NCBI GenBank assembly: GCA_045863235.1
Contig: BTUM01000001.1
Span: 128,001 to 192,000, forward strand
Source: Candidatus Xenobia bacterium
GTDB lineage: Bacteria; Vulcanimicrobiota; Xenobia; Xenobiales; QWHO01
DNA: 64,000 nucleotides
Direction of reading: 5' to 3'
Under the pieces are notes generated by a model, which worked only from the letters and a program-made list of their open reading frames with translations, had not been told where the DNA came from and ran no database searches. Position 1 is the stretch's first letter. Each line of letters starts with the position of its first letter. Shown here piece after piece: positions 1 through 12,820 of this stretch. The position numbers and the translations under genes were made by a program.

Positions 1-523
1 AGCCGTCGATGTAGAGCTTGGCGTCGCCCGCCTCCACCGGGCCTACGACCCCCAGAACCCCTTTCTGGCTCAGGCCGGCGGCCAGCACGCCGTTCACGTA
101 GCCGGCCTGATCGGCGGCGGCGTCGTAGGCGAAGACGTTGCGGGCTCCTCGGGTGTCGGTGGCGGTTCCGTAGGCGAAACTGACCTCGGGAAAGTCGGCC
201 GCCACCTCGAACAGGCCGTTGCCATACTGCGTGCCGTGGGCCACCACCAGATCGTAGCCCTCGTCGGCGTAGTCGCGCAGGGCGGCGTTGGCGTCGGCCA
301 CGCTGACCATCTTGTCGGAGATGGCCACCTCCAGGTTGGGGTCCTTCTGCTTGAGCGCGTTCAGTGAATCCACCATGGACTGGCTCCAGGCCAGGTCGTC
401 CACGGCGCTCGGCAGCACCACCGCAATTCTCGTCTTGGGAGAGCCGGACGCGGTCGGGGGTGCGGCCGCGGGGGCGCTGCACCCTGCCAACCAGACAGCC
501 AGCAGCACGAGCAGGCGAATCAC
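1..523 (-). CDS. BMP-family ABC transporter substrate-binding lipoprotein (runs off the left edge)
   Basis: Manual translation from GTG 523: MIRLLVLLAVWLAGC (lipobox), then RIAVVLPSAVDDLAWSQSM...GYDLVVAHGTQYG, typical of BMP/PnrA proteins. Not in the ORF track. Confidence 0.8.
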   Translation of the reverse strand, partial: MIRLLVLLAVWLAGCSAPAAAPPTASGSPKTRIAVVLPSAVDDLAWSQSMVDSLNALKQKDPNLEVAISDKMVSVADANAALRDYADEGYDLVVAHGTQYGNGLFEVAADFPEVSFAYGTATDTRGARNVFAYDAAADQAGYVNGVLAAGLSQKGVLGVVGPVEAGDAKLYIDG

Positions 524-1578
524 TGTTTTTCGACGGGAACGGGCTGGCCGGATGGAAGGATCAGGTCTTCCTCGGCCTCATCAAAACCGGTGGGGGGCGC
601 GTCGAAGCCGTCGGGAGCGGCCTTGACGCTGGAGCGAGCGGCGGGCTTGTTGTGCTGGCGGACCTGCAGGGGATCTTCCTCGGGGTTGCCCAGGTTGGCC
701 TTGAGATGATCCTCTCCCTCAGGGGTGGGTCGCATCTTCAGATGGTCCTCTCCCTCGGCCGGATAGCGTGCCTTGATTTCCTGGGGCGATCCGATCACTG
801 CCTTGAGCGAGTTGCCCTTGCGCGGAGGGGCGGCTTGGAGCGGATCGGGCTCGCGTGCCTCCTCGACCGGCACGGGGTTGGGGACGGGCGCCTTGTAGAT
901 GGCCGAGGCGCTCCAGGCCAGGCTCTGGGTCAGCTTGCCGCCGGGTACCTGGACGTAGATGCCAACGCCGGTGAGCGGATCTTCGAAGCGGTAACCCCGG
1001 ACCAGGTAGGGGATCTGATCCAAAGGCTCACCTTCGAGCAGGTGCACGGCGTAGGCCTTGCCCCTCGGCTCGAGCTGCAGCCGGGTCTTCCCGTTGGGCC
1101 CGAAGATGGTGTAGGTATTGGTGGAGAAGGTGGTGCGGATGTTGACGCTGCCTGCCTTGCCGTGGATGGCGGTGACCCTGCCGTAGGTCAGCGTGTAGAC
1201 CACCTTGTCGTCCGGTAGATGGGCCTCAAAGGCCGTCTTGCTGCGCTGGAAGACATAAGTGTTGGGCCCGAAGCGAATTTTCAGCGAGCCATCCACCTGC
1301 TCTTGCACCGTGGCCGACCACTTGGGGAACTGGAACACGTAGCCGAAGCCGCTCTTGGTGATGGTCACCGGCCCGGCCTGGGTTTGCAGCAAGGTTCGGG
1401 TGAGCGTCTGGTCGGGAACGCGGGTGACGCCGGCGGGACAGTAGATCCCCCCCCAATTCTCCTTGAACAGGGCCTGGTGCTCGCCCTCAGCAGCCAGGGG
1501 AAGGCCCAGCCAGAGCCAGGCCACCAACATGGCCAGGCCCGCTTTCAAACACTTTTGCAGGCGAAAATTCAACATCAA
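520..1578 (-). CDS. Hypothetical secreted protein
   Basis: 352-aa ORF with signal-peptide-like MLVAWLWLGLPLAA (true start probably near 1530), a beta-rich core and a C-terminus with repeated EDHLK/EDPL. Stop overlaps the BMP start. Confidence 0.65.
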   Translation of the reverse strand: MMLNFRLQKCLKAGLAMLVAWLWLGLPLAAEGEHQALFKENWGGIYCPAGVTRVPDQTLTRTLLQTQAGPVTITKSGFGYVFQFPKWSATVQEQVDGSLKIRFGPNTYVFQRSKTAFEAHLPDDKVVYTLTYGRVTAIHGKAGSVNIRTTFSTNTYTIFGPNGKTRLQLEPRGKAYAVHLLEGEPLDQIPYLVRGYRFEDPLTGVGIYVQVPGGKLTQSLAWSASAIYKAPVPNPVPVEEAREPDPLQAAPPRKGNSLKAVIGSPQEIKARYPAEGEDHLKMRPTPEGEDHLKANLGNPEEDPLQVRQHNKPAARSSVKAAPDGFDAPPTGFDEAEEDLILPSGQPVPVEKQ

Positions 1579-1623
1579 CTGGCAGAGGGTTTTAAGTTTT
1601 ACGCCAGCGAACTCCTGCTTTTC

Positions 1624-2427
1624 ATGCCCAATCTACGTATTCTGGACAATTGCGGCTGGGATGGGCGAATTTTGGCCGTGGGCCTGGACGACCTGGTGCA
1701 GAGCTTCATCGTGGTCACCCGCCGCTTCAATGTGCTGGTGGATACCATGGTCAACCAGGAGACCGCCCTGGAGCTGGTGGACCTGGCGCGTCAGGCCGGC
1801 CCCGGTCGCGAGTTGCTGGCCGTCAACACGCACGCCGACTGGGACCATTTTTGGGGCAACCAGATCTTCGCCGCCCCTATCCTGGCCCATCGCCTGGCGG
1901 CCGAGCGAGCTCTGGACCAGGAAGCTCGGGAGGACCTGCGCCAGCATGCCGCCCGCGAGCCCGAGCGCTACGCCGGGGTTCGCCTGACTCCCCCCAATGT
2001 GCTGTTCGACGAGCGTCTGACCGTGGATGGGGGCGATCTTACCCTGGAGCTCTTCCGCACTCCCGGGCACACCATCGACCATATCGCGGTCTATCTTCCC
2101 GAAATCGGCTTGCTGCTGGCCGGGGACGCAGCCGAGGAGCCTTTCCCGCTGGTGGGCGGCCGGGGTTGTCTCAAGACCTTGCGGGACTCGTTGCGGGCCA
2201 TGCGTGACCTGCGGCCGCGCCACGCGTTGTATTGCCACGCTCCCGTGGAGACCGGGCCGGCTCTGCTCGAGCGCAATCTGGCCCACTTCGACGAGATGGA
2301 GCGGCGCTGCCGTTCGGGTGAGGACTTTTCATTGCTGGAAGCCACCGGGGGGCGGACCGACCTGCCCGGCTTTTACGCCGAGAGCCACACCCGGGCACTG
2401 GAGCTGATGCGCCAGCTCGTCAAGTGA
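1624..2427 (+). CDS. MBL-fold metallo-hydrolase (cyclase-like)
   Basis: NTHADWDHFWGN, TPGHT and LLAGD motifs; ATG at 1624. Confidence 0.85.
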   Translation: MPNLRILDNCGWDGRILAVGLDDLVQSFIVVTRRFNVLVDTMVNQETALELVDLARQAGPGRELLAVNTHADWDHFWGNQIFAAPILAHRLAAERALDQEAREDLRQHAAREPERYAGVRLTPPNVLFDERLTVDGGDLTLELFRTPGHTIDHIAVYLPEIGLLLAGDAAEEPFPLVGGRGCLKTLRDSLRAMRDLRPRHALYCHAPVETGPALLERNLAHFDEMERRCRSGEDFSLLEATGGRTDLPGFYAESHTRALELMRQLVK

Positions 2428-2578
2428 GTTGACAGTACCGGGTCTTGCACGAGCGCCGATTGCCAACGCGTAAAGTTGTTCACATGAAGTTAACAATTTG
2501 TTCATAACTGGCAGCCGTCAGCAACACGTTGGCAAGTGCCCTGCCCGATACTGAGACAAAGCTCACGGGAGGTGTCCA

Positions 2579-2938
2579 ATGCTGAAAGCTCCATCCGATG
2601 CCATCAAGATTCCTATCGCCATTGCTCGCAGTTTGAGCGATCTGGGCCTGAGCGGCCATTTCAACTGGGTTACCCCTCGGCTGCTGGCCAGCCTGGCCCG
2701 CAAGCCCTTCCTCCTGATGCGGCGTGGTTGGTCTCTGGCTCAGACCGAGCCACTCGGCTATCTGTTGGGAGGAAAGACGGTCGGGCAATTGCTGCGCATC
2801 GAGCCCGAGAGGGGACGTGCCATCCTGGACAGCCGTACGGCCGACTGCTGGCACCGGATCGTGATCACCCTGCAGGGCGAGCTGGTCAGCGCCGGCCCGG
2901 CCTATGCCGACGGGCGCGAATTGGAGGAGGCGGCTTAA
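2579..2938 (+). CDS. Hypothetical protein
   Basis: 119-aa ORF with a GGGAGG RBS upstream, preceded by an AT-rich intergenic region. Confidence 0.55.
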   Translation: MLKAPSDAIKIPIAIARSLSDLGLSGHFNWVTPRLLASLARKPFLLMRRGWSLAQTEPLGYLLGGKTVGQLLRIEPERGRAILDSRTADCWHRIVITLQGELVSAGPAYADGRELEEAA

Positions 2939-3055
2939 TCCCGCGCGTTCGAATTCTGAACAGCTGAGTCGTGCATCATCCGCCAGGAGCGCAGCCGGAA
3001 ACCGCCTTGACACGGTTTTCCGGCTGCTCCACGCTCAACAAGAGGTCCAGCCGCA

Positions 3056-4285
3056 TCAGAGCCGCCCGCGTGGGTCAACCGGGTTGCCCTGGTAGCGAAC
3101 CTCGAAGTGCAGGTGGGGACCGGTGGACATGCCGGTGGAACCGACCGCTGCCACCACCTGGCCCTGGTTGACGGCCTGACCGTAGCCGGCGTAGAGGGCT
3201 GAGCAATGAGCGTACAGGGTGGAGTAGCCATCCCCGTGGTCGATGATGATCGTGTTTCCGTAGCCGCCATACCAGCCGCTGTGGATGACCCGCCCGTTGT
3301 CGGCCGCTTTGATAGGGGTGCCTGAGCCGGCCGCGATGTCCAGCCCGGCGTGGAAGATCGAGGTGCCCCGGATGGGGTGGATGCGGTAACCGAAGTTGGA
3401 GGTGATCCAGCCGTTCACCGGCATCACGTACACTCCGGCGCTGGGCCGTAGCGGGCCTCCTCCGCCGGGGTTCTCCGCCTGGCGCGCCCGGATCATGGCC
3501 TGCAGCTCGGCCTCCATCTCGACCGTCAGATGCTCGAGCTCGACCACCTTGTCCTGAACCTGGTCGCGCTGCTCGCGCACCCTGGCCAGCAGCGCGGCTC
3601 GTCGGGCCTCTACCCTGGCCAGCTCCTTGGCTTGACGGGCCTGCAGCTTCTCAGTGGCGGCGATCTCGCTCACCGTCTTCTGGGCCGCCGCCTTCTTGAC
3701 TTCCAGCTCGAGCTTACGGGCCCGCACCTCGCCGATCAGCTTCTGGTCGCTCTGCACGATGCGCTCGAGGTATTCGCTCTGGTTGAGAAAGTCCGTGAAG
3801 CTGGCGGCTTCGAGCAGCACAGAGAGGTAGTTGACGTCCCCGGTCAGGTAGATCTGCTGCAGACGCCTTTCCAGGGCTCTCTGGGCCTTGAGCAGGCGAG
3901 CCTTGGTGGCCTCGATCTGGGTCTTGAGGGCGGCCAGACGCTCTTGAGCCGCGGCCAGACGGGCGCGGGTCTCCTCCAGCTTGGCCTGCACCGTTCCCAG
4001 GCGGGCCTGGGTTTGGCCCAGTTGGACCGACACATCCTTGGCCCTGTCATTCATCACCTGCAGGCGCGCGCGTTCCTCTTGCAGGTTGGCCCGGGTCACC
4101 TTGAGCTTACGCTCCAGGGAGCCCTCTTGAGCAGAGCCCGGCAGGTGCAACAGGGCCAGCAGCACCACGAGCGCGGCGGGACCCCATCTTGACGCGCCCC
4201 GTGACGCCCCGGAGGTCTTATCCTGTGTTGGCGGAGCATACTTGCGCCACCACAAGCGGGGTTGCGGCCAAGCCTTCAGGTGCAC
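3056..4285 (-). CDS. Murein hydrolase activator EnvC-like protein (coiled coil plus M23 peptidase)
   Basis: Long coiled coil, then HAGLD, YAH and TGPHLHFEV M23 motifs; lies downstream of ftsEX. Confidence 0.9.
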   Translation of the reverse strand: MHLKAWPQPRLWWRKYAPPTQDKTSGASRGASRWGPAALVVLLALLHLPGSAQEGSLERKLKVTRANLQEERARLQVMNDRAKDVSVQLGQTQARLGTVQAKLEETRARLAAAQERLAALKTQIEATKARLLKAQRALERRLQQIYLTGDVNYLSVLLEAASFTDFLNQSEYLERIVQSDQKLIGEVRARKLELEVKKAAAQKTVSEIAATEKLQARQAKELARVEARRAALLARVREQRDQVQDKVVELEHLTVEMEAELQAMIRARQAENPGGGGPLRPSAGVYVMPVNGWITSNFGYRIHPIRGTSIFHAGLDIAAGSGTPIKAADNGRVIHSGWYGGYGNTIIIDHGDGYSTLYAHCSALYAGYGQAVNQGQVVAAVGSTGMSTGPHLHFEVRYQGNPVDPRGRL

Positions 4286-4289
4286 CGGG

Positions 4290-5165
4290 CTACACCTTCA
4301 AGAACCGGTTGACCGAGATCCAGCTGCCCAGCAGCCCGACCAGGGCGCCCAGCAGCAGCAAAGCAGGACAGAGCCAGGGGAGCAGACTCTCGGGAGCGGC
4401 CACGGGCAGGAAGGAGACCGAGCTCAAGAGCTGGGGCACCAGCAGACGGTAGGACTCGCTGACCACGGTGGCGGCCAGAGCCGCGCCCACCAGCCCTTGC
4501 AGAATGCCCTCGAGCAGGAAGGGCCAGCGGATGAACCAGCCGGCCGCTCCCACCAACTGCATGACCTCGATGTCGCGGCGGCGGGCGTAGACGGTGAGGC
4601 GAATGGTGTTGCTGACAACCAGCAAGGTAGAGACCAGCAGGAGAATCAGAACGACCAGGCCCACTGTGCGGACGATGCGGTTGAGGGCCAGCATGCGCCG
4701 GGCCACGTCTTCGCCGAAGCGCACTTTCTCAATGGAGCCCACGCCCTTGACCTTGTGGCCCACCTTTTCCAGGTCCTCAGCTCGGCGAACACGGATCTCG
4801 AGCGCGTCGGGCAGTGGGTTGTGGGTCAGATCGCCCAACTGGATGCGGTTGTTCATGCGCTTCTTGAGGTGCTCGAAGGCCTGCTCGCGCGAGACGAACG
4901 AAACCCCTTCCACGCCGGGCAGCCTCAGAACTCGTGCCCGCAACTCACCGAGTTGGTCGCGGTTGAAGTCGGCCTCGAGGTAAGCCACCACCTTGAGATC
5001 GGAGGCCAGATCGCGAGCCAGATTGCTCAGGTTGGCCATCAAGACCAGGAAGAAGCCCACGATCATGGTCAGCACCATGACGGTTGTGACCGAGGCCACG
5101 CTCATCAACGGGCTGCGACGCACATTGACCAGAACCTCACGCAGAAAATAGTGAGCAAGTCCCAT
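4290..5165 (-). CDS. ftsX: Cell division permease FtsX
   Basis: NPLPDALE, SNTIRLTVYARRRDIEVMQLVGA and IRWPFLLEG motifs; four transmembrane segments. Confidence 0.95.
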   Translation of the reverse strand: MGLAHYFLREVLVNVRRSPLMSVASVTTVMVLTMIVGFFLVLMANLSNLARDLASDLKVVAYLEADFNRDQLGELRARVLRLPGVEGVSFVSREQAFEHLKKRMNNRIQLGDLTHNPLPDALEIRVRRAEDLEKVGHKVKGVGSIEKVRFGEDVARRMLALNRIVRTVGLVVLILLLVSTLLVVSNTIRLTVYARRRDIEVMQLVGAAGWFIRWPFLLEGILQGLVGAALAATVVSESYRLLVPQLLSSVSFLPVAAPESLLPWLCPALLLLGALVGLLGSWISVNRFLKV

Positions 5166-5240
5166 GGCTAAAGTGCTCTCCTTCCCATCTGACGGACCAG
5201 GCGAGCGCGCGGGAAAGTGTGACACCGGAGGCGTTGCACT

Positions 5241-6011
<771 letters not shown>

Positions 6012-6094
6012 GGGCCGCTTTCCCTTTCTGGAGGAAAATTCTTCAGTTCTTGAAGTTCCTTCCAGGAACCGGGAGTCCTTTCGAACGGACGTTT

Positions 6095-7270
6095 CTATGC
6101 GTGCAGGGCCGGGTTGGCTTCGAAGCAGGCCAGGGCTGCCCGGGAATCGTGGCCTCGGGCCAGGGCCAGGGCTGCTTGAGCGGCGCCTCGCAGGCTGGCG
6201 ACCATGGGGGGCACTCGGCGCTGTAACTCCTGGCGCACGGGAGCACGGGCTCGCAAGAGGTGAAACAGGGCCTTGTGCAGTCCCTCCGAGCTCAAGCCCT
6301 CCAGGGAGAGCGACATGGCTCCGCAGCGCTGGCAGAAACGCTCCACTTTGGGGTCGTAGGCCAGTCCAAGGAAAGGGATGCCGCGGGCGGCAGCCATGAT
6401 GGCCGCGTGAAGGCGCATTCCCAGAACCAGGTCGAGGCAGGAAAGCAAGCCCATCAGCTCCTTCGGCTCGTAATCAGCTCGCAACAGGCGGGCGTGAGGG
6501 GTTAATCGAGAGCACAGCTCCTCGCTCAGTGGCCGGTCGCGCGAGGGCTGGAAAGGCAGGAAGAGCAAGCGGGCCTTGTCCTCCTCGGCAAAACGCCGCA
6601 AGCCTTCCACCAGGGCCTCCCGGTCGAGCCCGGGCCAGTGGCGCACCGCCACTCCGACCAGCGGGCCGACCTCGGCCGAGCCCGGCCCGGCCGGTCGCTC
6701 CAGGCGGGCGACGTCGGCGGTCAGCTCTTCCTGGGCCAGGATCTCGTTCACTCTGGCTGGTTGGCACGGTTCCAGGCCCAGCACCGGGTCGGCCGTCACC
6801 CGGGAAGGCGGACGACTCACCCCCAAAGCGCGAATCTCGTCGGCCGACTCCTGATCGCGCCAGGTCAAGAGCTGCAGGCCGTTGGCGAATCGGGTCAGAT
6901 GTCGCCCGAGCCCGGTTCTGACCGGTCCGAAGCCCTGGCAATAGAGCATCACCGGTCGTCGAACCAGGCGGGCCAGCAGGCACACTCCCAGATAGTAGAT
7001 CACGCTGTTGATCCCAGTGCTGTCCTGGATCAATCCGCCGCCACCCGAGAGCAGGAGGTTACAGGAGCGCAGCGCTCTGAGCACGGGCCCGGGCGCGCTG
7101 CGGGGAACCGGCTCCAGGCCCAGCTTGCGGGCCGCCTCGGGATTGGCCGTGAGCACCGAGATCTGCACCTCGGCTTCCACGCGACGGAGATCCTCCACGA
7201 TGGCCTGCAGGATCGCCTCGTCGCCGGCATTGCCGAAGCCGTAATAGCCGCTGATCAGGATGCGTGGCAT
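6095..7270 (-). CDS. csaB: Polysaccharide pyruvyl transferase CsaB
   Basis: ILISGYYGFGNAGDEAIL, SGGGGLIQDST, QGFGP, GMRLH and YDPKV motifs. Confidence 0.9.
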   Translation of the reverse strand: MPRILISGYYGFGNAGDEAILQAIVEDLRRVEAEVQISVLTANPEAARKLGLEPVPRSAPGPVLRALRSCNLLLSGGGGLIQDSTGINSVIYYLGVCLLARLVRRPVMLYCQGFGPVRTGLGRHLTRFANGLQLLTWRDQESADEIRALGVSRPPSRVTADPVLGLEPCQPARVNEILAQEELTADVARLERPAGPGSAEVGPLVGVAVRHWPGLDREALVEGLRRFAEEDKARLLFLPFQPSRDRPLSEELCSRLTPHARLLRADYEPKELMGLLSCLDLVLGMRLHAAIMAAARGIPFLGLAYDPKVERFCQRCGAMSLSLEGLSSEGLHKALFHLLRARAPVRQELQRRVPPMVASLRGAAQAALALARGHDSRAALACFEANPALHA

Positions 7271-7331
7271 TGCGCTCAGACGTTTCCCGCTCGGCGGGAA
7301 AACTCCCTGGCCGGGTTCGAACTGGGCCCGC

Positions 7332-8195
7332 ATGGCCCTGTTTGATGGACAAAATGCCTTTGAGCATGTGCGGGCTCAGGTTGAGCTCGGCCCGCGTCCG
7401 CCCGGCTCGGCTGCCCTGGGGCGCCTGCGCGATTACGTCAGCAAGCATCTCACTCGACTGGGCTGGGGGGTGGAGGAGCAGCCCTTCGAGGCCGTCACTC
7501 CCAATGGCAAGATTGCCATGGTCAACCTGTTGGCCCGTTACCCGCCCGGCGAGTTGCCCGGTCCGGGGGCTATTTTGCTGGGGGCCCACGCCGACACCAA
7601 GGTTTTTGATTTCGAGTTCGTAGGGGCGAACGACGGCGGGTCGGGGGTGGCCTGTCTGCTGGAGCTGGGGAGGGTCGTGCCTCAGCTCGACCTGTGGCGT
7701 CCCACGGTGCTGGCATTCTTTGACGGCGAGGAAGCTCAGGTCGCCTGGGGGCGAGGGGATGGTCTCTACGGGAGTCGTCAGCTGGTCGGCCACTGGTGGA
7801 GCGAGCGCCGTCTGGCCGACCTCCTGGCCGTGGTGATCCTGGACATCGTGGGCGACCGTGAGCTTCGGGTCACCCGCGACCTGCACTCGACGGCCTGGCT
7901 CCAGGACCTGGTCTGGGAGGTGGCCTGGCAGCAAGGGATGGGCCAGGTCTTCGAAGGGCCGCTGGAGTGGATTGAGGATGACCATCTGCCGTTTCTGGCA
8001 GGCAAGGTGGCCTCGCTGGTTCTGATCGGGTTTGGCCACGACGAGCAGGGTGAGTACTTTCCGTCCTACTGGCACACCCCCGAGGATACCCTGGACAAAG
8101 TCTCGCCGCTCAGTCTCGAGCAGGTGGGGCGGGTGGTGGAGGAGGCTCTGATTCGCCTTCAGGGGTCCCCGCCGCGGGAGCGCCCGGGGGCTTGA
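7332..8195 (+). CDS. M28 family peptidase / glutaminyl cyclase-like protein
   Basis: GAHADTK, GANDGGSGVA, FFDGEE, EDDHLPF and YWHTPEDT motifs. Confidence 0.85.
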   Translation: MALFDGQNAFEHVRAQVELGPRPPGSAALGRLRDYVSKHLTRLGWGVEEQPFEAVTPNGKIAMVNLLARYPPGELPGPGAILLGAHADTKVFDFEFVGANDGGSGVACLLELGRVVPQLDLWRPTVLAFFDGEEAQVAWGRGDGLYGSRQLVGHWWSERRLADLLAVVILDIVGDRELRVTRDLHSTAWLQDLVWEVAWQQGMGQVFEGPLEWIEDDHLPFLAGKVASLVLIGFGHDEQGEYFPSYWHTPEDTLDKVSPLSLEQVGRVVEEALIRLQGSPPRERPGA

Positions 8196-8340
8196 GATAG
8201 CGATCGTAGGCCAGTACGGAGATCTTGTGGATGTCTTCCAGGAGCATGGTTTGAGCCACGAACGAGCAGCCCTGGATGCCCGGGGCGTAAAGGGCGCACT
8301 CGGCGAAGCACTCGCGGTTGAGAAACGGACATGTGGGCAC
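8110..8340 (-). CDS. Small Cys-rich hypothetical protein
   Basis: CPFLNRECFAECALY...C pattern. The 3' end overlaps the M28 gene on the opposite strand. Confidence 0.45.
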   Translation of the reverse strand: MPTCPFLNRECFAECALYAPGIQGCSFVAQTMLLEDIHKISVLAYDRYLKPPGAPAAGTPEGESEPPPPPAPPARD

Positions 8341-8446
8341 GATGATCTATTCGCTGGATGACTTGAATAACCTTGCAGGCGTTTTCGGTGTCGAGGAGGA
8401 AACATAGGCCCCAAAGAAGGCGGAGCATAAGGGTGAGCAGAGCCGA

Positions 8447-9754
8447 GTGACCGAAAATCGAGACAATTCAAACGAGGCCAAGAAACTCCCCCCTTACACC
8501 GGGACGACCTCGGACGGCTCTCGCACCGGAGCGCCCGCCCGCCCACCGGTGAAGCCGCCTGGAGAGCGGGTGGTCTCCGCGGGAGGGGGAGTCAAGCCTC
8601 CCTCGACCTCATTTCTCAAGCCGGAGAAGCCGACGCCTGACGATCCGCTGCGGGCCGAGTTGGCTCGGTTGACCGAGGGAGCCGAGGAGGAGAAGCCCAA
8701 GATCCCTCCCCCCCCTCCTCCGCGCCCCGAGGCTGAGGCGAAAAAGGCGGTGGAACCACCCAGCGTCGAGTCGTCCCAAAAGGTCGAGGAAGTCCCAACC
8801 AAAGAGGCTCCCGCCCAGGAAGCCGAGCTTCTCGGGCCAGCCAGCGAGCCCGAGGAGATGAAGTTGGAGCAGGGCAACGATCCCCGCCTGGCCGCCGAGC
8901 TCAAAGAGCTGTTGGACGTTGTGGCCGGGCTCGAGTCGCTCAGTTTTTTGCGTCCTCGAGTGGAGAAGTTCGCGAAAGAGGGGGCCGATCTGGCCGGTCT
9001 GGTCAGCGTTTACCGGCTCACCTCTCGCACTCTCAAGGATGAGCTGAACGAGAAGAACAAGATGCTCGATCAGTTTCGCAAGGAGTTTCAGAAGCAGCGC
9101 GCGGCTCTTGAGGAGGCGCGCAAGAAAGAGGTGCCCGCGTCTCGCCCGCTGGCCGACCCGGCCGACACCGAGAAGCTGCACAAGGAGATCAAGAGTCTGC
9201 AAGATCAGGTGGACGCCTCCCAGGAACAACGCAACCGTTTGCTGCAAGACTTTCAGAACATGCGCAACCGGGTTCAGGTTGACACCGACCTGAAGGTTCA
9301 CCGCGAGAAGGAGAACTTGATCAAGAAGGTTCTGCCGGTGGTGGATGGCTTTGATCGGGCTCTGGAGACGGTGCGCTCGGCCACCGATACCGATGAGGTG
9401 GTGCGCGGCATCGAGATGTTGTTTCGGATATTGATGGAGGCGCTCGAATCCGAGGGTCTGTCGCCGGTGGTCACCAAGGATCAAATGTTTGATCCGCGTT
9501 GTCATGAGGCCATGGGTCAGGTCGTGACAGGCGACATGCCCGAGGATACGATCTTCGATGAGCTGAACAAAGGCTACTACCTGGGTGAAAAGCTGCTTCG
9601 TCCAGCCATGGTTCGCATCGCCAAAGCGCCCGAGGGAGGAGCCCCACCCCCTCCGCCCAAGCCCCCTGTCGAGCAGCCGCCTCCCGAACCTCCCCGGGAA
9701 GAGTCTCCGGGCCCCGCGGAAGGACTTTCGGGCGAGGAGAATGTGGAGAGTTAG
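8447..9754 (+). CDS. grpE: GrpE nucleotide exchange factor with long N-terminal extension
   Basis: DFQNMRNR, LPVVDGFDRAL, FDPRCHEAM and GYYLGEKLLRPAMVRI motifs; directly upstream of dnaK. Confidence 0.9.
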   Translation: MTENRDNSNEAKKLPPYTGTTSDGSRTGAPARPPVKPPGERVVSAGGGVKPPSTSFLKPEKPTPDDPLRAELARLTEGAEEEKPKIPPPPPPRPEAEAKKAVEPPSVESSQKVEEVPTKEAPAQEAELLGPASEPEEMKLEQGNDPRLAAELKELLDVVAGLESLSFLRPRVEKFAKEGADLAGLVSVYRLTSRTLKDELNEKNKMLDQFRKEFQKQRAALEEARKKEVPASRPLADPADTEKLHKEIKSLQDQVDASQEQRNRLLQDFQNMRNRVQVDTDLKVHREKENLIKKVLPVVDGFDRALETVRSATDTDEVVRGIEMLFRILMEALESEGLSPVVTKDQMFDPRCHEAMGQVVTGDMPEDTIFDELNKGYYLGEKLLRPAMVRIAKAPEGGAPPPPPKPPVEQPPPEPPREESPGPAEGLSGEENVES

Positions 9755-9823
9755 CGAAAGATTCCACGGGCTGGGGAGAAATGGTCATATTTTGCTCTGG
9801 ATGCTAGGGAGGAACGGTAGTTC

Positions 9824-11683
<1,860 letters not shown>

Positions 11684-11704
11684 CTTTCCATTCGTTCCGG
11701 ACCA

Positions 11705-12820
11705 ATGGCTGATTACTACGACATTCTTGGCGTTCCCCGCGATGCCAGCAAGGATGACATCAAGCGGGCTTACAAGAAACTGGCTCGCCAGTATCACCCC
11801 GACGTCGCCCAGGACAAGACCGAGGCCGAGCGCAAGTTCGGGCAGATCAACGAAGCCTACTCGGTGCTCGCCGACGACGAGAAGCGTGCCTACTACGACC
11901 GTTACGGGAGTGTGCCCTCGGCGGCGCAGGAGGGGGCCGATTTCGGGGGCTTCGGGGGCTTCCCGTTCGGCGATCTGTTCGATACTCTGTTTGATTTCGG
12001 CGGGGGTGGCCGACGCCAGCGCCAGGCCCGCCCCTCGCGGGGCAGTGACCTGCGCATGGGGATCCGCATCAGCCTGGTGGACGCCTTTCAGGGCGCCAGC
12101 CGCGAGGTCGAGCTGACCTCCGATGTGGCCTGCGCTCAGTGCGAGGGGAGACGGACCCTGGAGGCCGATGGCTTCCAGAATTGCCCCCAGTGCGCCGGGA
12201 TGGGTCAGGTGCAGCAGATCATCAACACTCCCTTCGGGCGGTTGACCCAGGTGGCTCCCTGCGCCGCATGCCGGGGACAGGGACGGCAGCTGGTCAAGCC
12301 CTGTCCAGGTTGTCGCGGGGCCGGTCGCACCCCTCAGAAGCGCACCCTGAGCGTAAAGATCCCCCCCGGTATGGACTCGGGCGACAAGATCCGCATGCGG
12401 GGCGAGGGCGAGCCGGGCACGCTGGGCGGCCCGCCCGGCGACCTCTACCTGGTGGTGGAAGTGGCCGAGCACGAGGAGTTCCGCCGTCAGGGGGACGACC
12501 TCTCGCGTTCGCTGAAGATCACGTTTACCGATGCTGCCCTGGGGGCCAGCGTGGAAGTGCCCCTGCTGACAGGCGAGAAGGAGACCCTCAAGATCCCCGG
12601 CGGCACCCAGAACGGCACCGTCTTTCGCTTCAAGGGCAAAGGCATGCCTCGTTTCCAGCGCTCGGGGCGGGGCGACCTGCACGTGGAAGTGGAGGTCATG
12701 GTGCCCACCAAGCTCAACTCCAAGCAGAAGAAGCTGCTCAAAGAGTTCGCCGAGGCCGGATCCCAGGAAGCCGAGCCCCAGAGCTTCTTTGAGAAGATTC
12801 GCGACGCCATCTTCGGTTGA
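11705..12820 (+). CDS. dnaJ: Chaperone DnaJ
   Basis: J domain with HPD, G/F region, four CxxCxG repeats. Confidence 0.98.
   Translation: MADYYDILGVPRDASKDDIKRAYKKLARQYHPDVAQDKTEAERKFGQINEAYSVLADDEKRAYYDRYGSVPSAAQEGADFGGFGGFPFGDLFDTLFDFGGGGRRQRQARPSRGSDLRMGIRISLVDAFQGASREVELTSDVACAQCEGRRTLEADGFQNCPQCAGMGQVQQIINTPFGRLTQVAPCAACRGQGRQLVKPCPGCRGAGRTPQKRTLSVKIPPGMDSGDKIRMRGEGEPGTLGGPPGDLYLVVEVAEHEEFRRQGDDLSRSLKITFTDAALGASVEVPLLTGEKETLKIPGGTQNGTVFRFKGKGMPRFQRSGRGDLHVEVEVMVPTKLNSKQKKLLKEFAEAGSQEAEPQSFFEKIRDAIFG

Noticed and set aside
8341..8446. CIRCE/HrcA control of grpE-dnaK
   Set aside because: No TTAGCACTC-N9-GAGTGCTAA element and no hrcA gene upstream.
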